The notes beneath the pieces are model-generated. The model was not told the origin of the DNA and ran no database searches. It worked only from the letters and a program-made list of their open reading frames with translations. This document shows, piece after piece, positions 57,826 through 64,000 of a stretch of DNA of 64,000 bases. The DNA is taken from sequence record DRR723986_4006; one strand, 5' to 3'. The position numbers and the translations under genes were made by a program. Position 1 is the first letter of the stretch, and every line of letters starts with the position of its first letter.

Positions 57826-58188
57826 ATGAATATAGAAGACTACAGAAATTACTGCATGAGTAAAAAGGAAGTTACAGAGCACTTCCCTTTTGATGACAAT
57901 GTATTAGTCTTTAAAGTCTGCAATAAGATGTTCGCCTTGGCATCACTGTCTAAATGGGAAAACGGAGAAGGATTTATTAATTTAAAATGTGATCCTGAAT
58001 ATGCTCAAGAACTTAGAGCAGAATATGATAGTATAAAACCAGGCTATCATATGCATAAGCAACAATGGAATAGCGTTTACTTTCATACTGGTGAGTTATC
58101 AGTTGCACTCATTTTCAAACTTATCGATCATTCATATGAAATGATAGTAAAAGGATTACCAAAAAAAGTAAGAGAAACATTGAAATAA
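57826..58188 (+). CDS. MmcQ/YjbR family DNA-binding protein
   Basis: FPF...VFKV..KMFA, NLKCDP, PGYHM.K..WNS, SYE. Confidence 0.92.
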   Translation: MNIEDYRNYCMSKKEVTEHFPFDDNVLVFKVCNKMFALASLSKWENGEGFINLKCDPEYAQELRAEYDSIKPGYHMHKQQWNSVYFHTGELSVALIFKLIDHSYEMIVKGLPKKVRETLK

Positions 58189-58216
58189 GTCTACATTTGT
58201 TTCAAAGTTATAAGAC

Positions 58217-58792
58217 ATGTCATTAGAAAAACAATTACAACAGCGCAGTAATAACCAATGCGAACTTTGTAACAGCTCTGAAAAGCTTTCAGTTTACAAT
58301 GTGCCAGATATTAAAGAAAATAGCCTTAATACAGCGTTATTTGCTTGTAATGTTTGTGTTGAACAAATGAATGATTCAGATAAAATTGAATTTAACCACT
58401 GGAGATGTTTAAATGACAGTATGTGGAGTGAGCATGATGCTGTTAAAGTCATGGCATGGAGAATGCTAAACAGAATTGAAGCAGATTGGACACAAGATCT
58501 ATTAGGTATGATGTATCTTGAGGATGATGTTTTAGAATTAGCAAAAGCATCCGGTGATGGAGAAGATGATGAAAACAAATTAGTTCATAGAGATGTTAAT
58601 GGTGTTATTTTAGAACATGGTGATTCTGTAGTATTAATTAAGGATCTTAAAGTAAAAGGCTCTAGTATGATTGCTAAACAAGGCACAGCGGTTAGAAATA
58701 TTAGATTAGATCATGAAAATGAAACGTATATCGAAGGTAAGGTAGGACCTACAAGAATCGTTATTATTACTGAATACGTAAAGAAAATTTAA
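58217..58792 (+). CDS. PhnA-domain protein
   Basis: CELC/CNVC Zn ribbon; D.NG..L..GDSVVLIKDLKVKGS..K.GT.V.NIRL. Confidence 0.88.
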   Translation: MSLEKQLQQRSNNQCELCNSSEKLSVYNVPDIKENSLNTALFACNVCVEQMNDSDKIEFNHWRCLNDSMWSEHDAVKVMAWRMLNRIEADWTQDLLGMMYLEDDVLELAKASGDGEDDENKLVHRDVNGVILEHGDSVVLIKDLKVKGSSMIAKQGTAVRNIRLDHENETYIEGKVGPTRIVIITEYVKKI

Positions 58793-58798
58793 TGCAAC

Positions 58799-59059
58799 AT
58801 GTTAGAGATTAGACCAACATGCGAAAACTGCAATAAGGATTTACCTTATAATTCTAATGAGGCAATGATTTGTACGTTTGAGTGTACGTTCTGTAAAGAC
58901 TGTGTTGATCTCTTACATCATGTCTGCCCCAATTGTGGTGGCGGTTTTAAAAAACTACCAATAAGACCATCACAACTTCTCGAAAAATATCCTGTTTCGG
59001 CTAAAATTGTATACAAGCCTGTAGATTTAGAGACACATTATAAGAATTTAAATACTTGA
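58799..59059 (+). CDS. DUF1272 Cys-rich protein
   Basis: MLEIRPTCENC, ICTFECTFC..C, CPNCGG. Confidence 0.9.
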   Translation: MLEIRPTCENCNKDLPYNSNEAMICTFECTFCKDCVDLLHHVCPNCGGGFKKLPIRPSQLLEKYPVSAKIVYKPVDLETHYKNLNT

Positions 59060-59223
59060 TTTAGTTTCTGTTAACCGTTCGTCGATAATTTTAGTCACAT
59101 TTAATTTTTCAACCCATTTTTTACTTCCATTAATCGATTATTGTTCAAGATTTAAATATAAATGTTGAACTTTAACTATAGATTATTAGCTCCAAATGTA
59201 ATGTTCCATCTAAATGAAGTGTT

Positions 59224-59505
59224 ATGTCGTTAGAGATTTCTTATTACAATAATTATTATAAGCTTAAAGGAGCTTTAAATAAAATAAACCTTAAAACATT
59301 CGATTCTCATTTCAAAAGTATTTTTGAAAAGACGAACAAAATCACAATAGATATTGCGAGCATTGCTAGTATAGACAGACATGGAGTAATGGCATTGGCA
59401 AAGTTGCACAATGAAGCCATTATGAAAAATAAAAGCTTATCCATAATTGGGCTTGGCTGTAAAGAATTATATGAGCATTTTAGAGGTGCTGAAACAGCAG
59501 CTTAA
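59224..59505 (+). CDS. STAS-like small protein
   Basis: LKGAL...ITIDIASIASIDRHGVMAL pattern. Confidence 0.7.
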   Translation: MSLEISYYNNYYKLKGALNKINLKTFDSHFKSIFEKTNKITIDIASIASIDRHGVMALAKLHNEAIMKNKSLSIIGLGCKELYEHFRGAETAA

Positions 59506-59528
59506 CTTAAGTATTTAAAGATATTCGT

Positions 59529-59587
59529 AAGTGCGTTCTATACATTTGTGGTGACAGATAAATGTTTCGAATGCACTTTCTTTTTTC
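59529..59587 (+). terminator. Long hairpin terminator between convergent genes
   Basis: AAGTGCGTTC..ACATTTGT / ATAAATGT..GAATGCACTT followed by TCTTTTTTT. Confidence 0.6.
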
Positions 59588-59602
59588 ACCTCATTTTTTA
59601 TT

Positions 59603-60073
59603 TTAGCAAGACATATCTGCTATAATTTTCCATTCATCATTTATCTTCTTAAAAATAATTATAAATACACCATCTGCATCTCCAATTTCTCGTTTTAGGT
59701 GATATTCTCCCATAACCCAATAGTTGTCTCCTTCAATTTTTGAAATATCATTTATAACAAAGTTAAGAGTGCCACTTTCTGCTTGTGTAGGATAGTTTTT
59801 CTTGTAATTGGCAAGTGTCTGTTCCCAGCCAAGAGTTAAGCCATTAGATCCATAAAACTTAAGCTGATCATTTTTCCAATAGCCTTGCATAAACCCTTCT
59901 AGGTCATGTTTATTCCAGTCTAATTCTTGTTGCTCCATTACTAGTCTAATACCGGCTTCGGCCATATTAATTTCTGTTTCTTTTTGTATAGTATCCGTGG
60001 TTATATCTGCTTTAACACTAATGCAACTGAGGCATAATAAACCTATAAATAGAATGGTAATATGTTTTTTCAT
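59603..60073 (-). CDS. NTF2-like (DUF4440/YybH) exported protein
   Basis: WN..DLEGFM.GYW, G.F......WKI..D. Confidence 0.85.
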   Translation of the reverse strand: MKKHITILFIGLLCLSCISVKADITTDTIQKETEINMAEAGIRLVMEQQELDWNKHDLEGFMQGYWKNDQLKFYGSNGLTLGWEQTLANYKKNYPTQAESGTLNFVINDISKIEGDNYWVMGEYHLKREIGDADGVFIIIFKKINDEWKIIADMSC

Positions 60074-60115
60074 GAGATTGAAATTTTAATTCAATCTAAA
60101 AATAAGCACAAATAA

Positions 60116-61216
60116 TTAAAGAATGCCTTTTTGCTTGTTTAAAAAGGCATCGGCTTGGTGCTGCAATAGTTCTCGTGCTTTTTTACGCTTGTAGTTCATT
60201 ATTTCTTCTTCGTCAGCGATTTCAGTGTACACCTTATTGTTAATGTCGTTATCTGTTTTTAGTATAAGCTTACGCTCTGCAACTTGTTGAGAAGTCCATG
60301 TCTTAATTCTTGTTTCCTGGTCTTCTAGTCTAAAATCAAATTCACCTTTTGGCGATAATAATTTTGCAAAAATTGGTGAGGTTTCAATAGCCAGAAACAA
60401 TAAGAAAATAAAAAATGAAGGTAACCAAGGTAGTTCTCCTAAAGCATTTACTCTAGCCATTAATCCATCAAAATTATCAATGATTGGTTGCGAATCGGCA
60501 ACATTGGCCTTGTAATCTCCTTGCAATGATAAAATCTGAGATTCTAAAGCAGCTATTTTGGCTTTATTGTCGGTTTTTAGCTGCTCTAACTCAGCTAAGG
60601 CTGCATTATGTTTTTCACGTTTTTCTTTATATACAGGGCCTTTACCTAAAAGTTTTGTACCAGCTGTACCTTCTGCCTCAGAAATGTACGTATCATAAAG
60701 TGCGTTTACTTCTGACTCTTTGGTATTGACTTGAGACTGAAGACTCTGTATTTGACTTTCTAATTCTGTAATCTTAGGATTAAATTGCTCAGCAATCTGA
60801 TTTTGATTTGCTAAGGTTAGCTCATTTTTTTTTTCTAATAATACTTGATTAATTTCTTTTTCAAATATTTTTAATTCAAGTGGTTTAGAAATTACTAAAG
60901 CAATAATAACAGCCAACATAATTCGAGGTGTAGCCTGCAAAATTTCGTCCATTATATTGTCACTTTTTTTAATGGTAGAAACTATGTAACGATCTAAATT
61001 AAAAATGAGTAAGCCCCAAATTAGTCCAAAAAAGATGGAGGTATATAGGTTGTCAAAAACTGTGTAAAGGGCATAGCTAGCTGCTATAGTAGCCATTAGT
61101 GCCGTAAAGAAAACAGTTGCGCCAATACCAGCATATTTATTCTGTTCGCCAATGGAACAATTTTTAAGTATATCTGTATCAGCTCCTGAGCAAAGGATAA
61201 AGAATTGCTTTAACAT
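60116..61216 (-). CDS. DUF4407 membrane coiled-coil protein
   Basis: CSGAD, LDRYIVST, ISKPLELKIF, EAEG..GT...GKGP, IETSP. Confidence 0.85.
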   Translation of the reverse strand: MLKQFFILCSGADTDILKNCSIGEQNKYAGIGATVFFTALMATIAASYALYTVFDNLYTSIFFGLIWGLLIFNLDRYIVSTIKKSDNIMDEILQATPRIMLAVIIALVISKPLELKIFEKEINQVLLEKKNELTLANQNQIAEQFNPKITELESQIQSLQSQVNTKESEVNALYDTYISEAEGTAGTKLLGKGPVYKEKREKHNAALAELEQLKTDNKAKIAALESQILSLQGDYKANVADSQPIIDNFDGLMARVNALGELPWLPSFFIFLLFLAIETSPIFAKLLSPKGEFDFRLEDQETRIKTWTSQQVAERKLILKTDNDINNKVYTEIADEEEIMNYKRKKARELLQHQADAFLNKQKGIL

Positions 61217-61283
61217 AAGATGTTCGATTTTGATTGATTGACTATTAGAACGTTAAAACGTGTGTTTTGTTACATGTTTAACC

Positions 61284-61311
61284 AAAAAAAGCCTCAAATC
61301 TGAGGCTTTTT
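61284..61311 (-). terminator. Intrinsic terminator
   Basis: AAAAAAAGCCTCA-AATC-TGAGGCTTTTT downstream of the M56 gene. Confidence 0.8.
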
Positions 61312-61330
61312 ATTGTTGTTACTTAATGAA

Positions 61331-63739
61331 TTAGTCTTTTACCTCAATAATAATTGGTGGAATTTGAGAACCATTACTATCCTTGATATCAAAAATTGCA
61401 ATGTTTCCACCTTTTTTCATGGTTGAAAGATTGGCAATACTTTTGTTTGATATGGTATTACCTTTTATAAAATCTGTTTTTACTCCTGGTATTTTTAGCT
61501 TAAATGTAACTATCTTTCTAGTAGATAATGTTAGTTGTAATTTTTTTATTTCTAATCTTGTTAAAACAATTTTAGCCCCTACAAGTTCTCTGTTATTGAT
61601 GTAGATTTTTGGTGAATCAGTATTGGGTTTTTTTTTATCCTCTTTCAAGGCTTTTTCAGGTTTAGGTGGCGGAGGAGGGAAACTTGGCCAAGGTTCTGAT
61701 GTTTTCTTATGCGCCTCTGACATACTATTGTAAATAGCTTTGTATTTTTTTATCTCGCTTTGTTTTACAAACATATTTGAGTAATCGTTAATTTTTTCTG
61801 CTTTTGCCATAGCAGTATTTAGTTTTTTAGCCCAAGTATTGTATTCTGTAAATTCAATAACCGTAGGTCTTTTTTGTTCTTCTGATGGTGGAGGCGGAGG
61901 AGGAGGTGGAATATTAGGGAAAGGTTCAGCATTTTTACGTTGCTCATCTGTCATTAAGTTATTGTAAATATGCATATAAGGTTTAACCTCTGATAGTTTA
62001 ATAATTGGGTATTCATAAGATTTACTTTCATTAGCCTTTTTAATAGCAATATTTATTTTTTTAGCCCAGGCGTTATATTCTGCAATTTGTTCTTTTGTAG
62101 CCTTTTGTTGTTCGCTTACTGAAATATTTTTTTCTGATCCGCTCAACTCCATATCTGGAAAAGGATATACAACAGCTTGTTTTTTCTGTTGAGCTGACAT
62201 TCTTTTATAGATTTTTGAGAATTTAATTAAGTCTTGTTCGTCAATTGGTGGATACCAAGTGGCATCAACTGAAAGTTTTTTACTTTCATTATGTATCTTT
62301 TTAGCCCAAGCATTATAGGCTGCAATTTCTTTTTCTGTCGCTTTTTCTTGTTTATAGTTAGAATTATATACGGTCGCTTCTTTTGGGCTAAAAGCGAGCA
62401 CGCTCAAATTAGGACCTAATGCAGACATGATTTTTTCTACGAGATCTGCACTTTCTCTTTTTTCAGTTTTTAGTCTTACACCTGTTCCTGCAAATTTTAT
62501 AATGCTATTAAAATCCTCTTCTAAGGTTTCTAATGTTGTTTTCTTATCGTTCAGCCATAGGTTTTGTTCAGAATCAATTCTTAGAACCGGTTCATTATAA
62601 TAGAACAAGTCAGTTGCATCCTCATCAGAATATGGAATAGGTCTTGTCTTGAAAATATTAAATTGGGTTTTCTCTTCATCTGAAAATGATTTAAATAAAT
62701 CATCGGCAACCGATTTTAAGTGTTTTGCTCTTTCATCGTCAATGTATCTGTTATCATTTATAAATAATCTAACTGCTTTGTTATAATTATCGACAGCTTC
62801 TCTATAGGTTTTAACTTTATCCAATTGAGATTTGGAAACTTCAGATAGATTCGATAAAAGGTAATCTCTTTCAACATATTCGTTTTCCGCAAATCCATAA
62901 TAAAGAATTGCACTTATTGGAATGAGTAATAGTATACTCAACCAATTTCTGGTTTTAGATGTTTGTGTTTTCATAACTGTAAAACGTTTTTTGAATGATG
63001 AATAATTGATGGCACTCGAGAGTTTAAAGTCCTGAGTGTTTGATGAAAATTGTAATAATATATGTTGATAGGTCTTTGCTTCTATACCTTGATTAAGCAC
63101 AGACTGATCAGCTAAAAATTCGTGATTAAGCTTAACATTTTGTTTTAATATGTATATCAATGGATGAAACCAAAAGACGATTTGCAATAACTCAATGAGT
63201 ATAATGTCCAAGCTGTGTAGTTGTTTAGCATGTGTTTCTTCATGCAACAAAACCTCTTTTGGTATTTTGTCGTTGTTGTATTTTACTTTATTTAAAAATA
63301 TGTACTTAAAAAACGAATGTGGTATTCGATACTCCTTTAATAATACGTAGATAAAAGATTGTTGCATTACCTTTTCGTTTCTCAAAATATTAAAATAAAG
63401 CTTTATAAGATTTACAAAAAAGCGAACACTAAAAATTAAAGCGCCTAATCCATAAATGTACCACAGGACAGTTTCTAAACTAATTCTTGCCAAGCCTTCT
63501 GTAGGTGTTTCTTGTGCTAAGGTATCCATTGGTATGTATAATGGTATGCCTTGAAAATTTTGTACTACTGGCTCTACATAATAGGTAATGGTTAGCAATG
63601 GAATGATTAACGCCGCCGAAAATGAACCTAATAGATAAAATCGTTTAAAGCGATGCATTTTTTGTTGTTCTAATAAGAGTACATAAACCAACCAAAAGAC
63701 CAATAAACAAGCCGAAAATTTTAATAAATAAATGTCCAT
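61331..63739 (-). CDS. M56 (BlaR1-like) metallopeptidase with repeated periplasmic domains
   Basis: PHSFFKYIF, HEETH (HExxH), WFHP, HEFLAD, KKRFTVM; directly downstream of blaI. Confidence 0.92.
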   Translation of the reverse strand: MDIYLLKFSACLLVFWLVYVLLLEQQKMHRFKRFYLLGSFSAALIIPLLTITYYVEPVVQNFQGIPLYIPMDTLAQETPTEGLARISLETVLWYIYGLGALIFSVRFFVNLIKLYFNILRNEKVMQQSFIYVLLKEYRIPHSFFKYIFLNKVKYNNDKIPKEVLLHEETHAKQLHSLDIILIELLQIVFWFHPLIYILKQNVKLNHEFLADQSVLNQGIEAKTYQHILLQFSSNTQDFKLSSAINYSSFKKRFTVMKTQTSKTRNWLSILLLIPISAILYYGFAENEYVERDYLLSNLSEVSKSQLDKVKTYREAVDNYNKAVRLFINDNRYIDDERAKHLKSVADDLFKSFSDEEKTQFNIFKTRPIPYSDEDATDLFYYNEPVLRIDSEQNLWLNDKKTTLETLEEDFNSIIKFAGTGVRLKTEKRESADLVEKIMSALGPNLSVLAFSPKEATVYNSNYKQEKATEKEIAAYNAWAKKIHNESKKLSVDATWYPPIDEQDLIKFSKIYKRMSAQQKKQAVVYPFPDMELSGSEKNISVSEQQKATKEQIAEYNAWAKKINIAIKKANESKSYEYPIIKLSEVKPYMHIYNNLMTDEQRKNAEPFPNIPPPPPPPPSEEQKRPTVIEFTEYNTWAKKLNTAMAKAEKINDYSNMFVKQSEIKKYKAIYNSMSEAHKKTSEPWPSFPPPPPKPEKALKEDKKKPNTDSPKIYINNRELVGAKIVLTRLEIKKLQLTLSTRKIVTFKLKIPGVKTDFIKGNTISNKSIANLSTMKKGGNIAIFDIKDSNGSQIPPIIIEVKD

Positions 63740-63741
63740 TG

Positions 63742-64000
63742 TTACTTGTTTTTAATTTGTTGATCTATAATAGACTTTAGTTGCTCTAATTCTTCTTTTG
63801 TTAAATCCGTTTTTCTGGTGAAGAAGGATACAAATTGCGAAGCACTATCGTTAAAGAATGTTTTTATTAACCCATTAACATGCTTAGAGAAATAATCTTC
63901 CTTTTTTACTAATGGAAAGTACTCTCTCGATTTACCGTAAGTTTTATAATCTACAAATCCTTTACCTATCATTCGTTTCAATAAAGTTGCAACAGTTGTT
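63742..64000 (-). CDS. BlaI/MecI/CopY family repressor (5' end outside the window)
   Basis: The frame is open to the window edge: TTVATLLKRM..KGFV...YFPLV.K..YF...FFNDS. Confidence 0.9.
   Translation of the reverse strand, partial: TTVATLLKRMIGKGFVDYKTYGKSREYFPLVKKEDYFSKHVNGLIKTFFNDSASQFVSFFTRKTDLTKEELEQLKSIIDQQIKNK

Noticed and set aside
558-61604. Short overlapping ORFs in the track (e.g. 558-842, 4865-5050, 15947-16249, 28862-29290, 36619-36825, 58294-58578, 61383-61604)
   Set aside because: They lie antisense or out of frame within well-supported genes and show no recognisable motifs.
61885-61910. GGA/GGT triplet run as a contingency microsatellite
   Set aside because: It encodes a poly-proline linker with mixed synonymous codons and is not a perfect repeat tract.

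Overview
AT-rich chromosomal window from a Bacteroidota (Flavobacteriaceae-type) genome. The assignment rests on TAnnTTTG -7 promoter boxes, a T9SS C-terminal sorting domain, signal peptides that expose Gln, and an exonuclease-fused DnaE. Most of the window is housekeeping: truB, uppP, ftsX, leuS, ald, pckA, hemD, pyrC, tyrS, a PhoP/PhoR-like pair, trmB, an Mrp-NifU-FNR-ferredoxin Fe-S cluster, rimM/rpsP, dnaE, trxA, tRNA-Asp, ruvC and hemW. I saw no integrase, transposase or CRISPR array. The most interesting region is about 44.0-47.7 kb, just after tRNA-Asp. It holds (i) a separately terminated gene for a 55-aa signal-peptide-bearing peptide behind a ~210-nt multi-hairpin leader, (ii) a histidine kinase with a periplasmic Asn-ladder TPR sensor, (iii) a NarL-like response regulator, and (iv) a 22-bp-phased repeat array, a promoter-like box and a ~90-nt ORF-less structured, terminated RNA. 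I infer this is a candidate peptide-signalling cassette with an sRNA output, analogous in layout to agr. Other observations: a blaI operon with a triple operator whose M56 gene is reduced to a deletion scar, a PA2169-family gene broken by a single TGA, three identical LacI-type operators on catabolic genes, a CRP/FNR-type site, a 10-bp-phased TGTTAAA array, and an intact M56 protein with three tandem helical repeats. Product calls come from motif recognition only; no database search was run.
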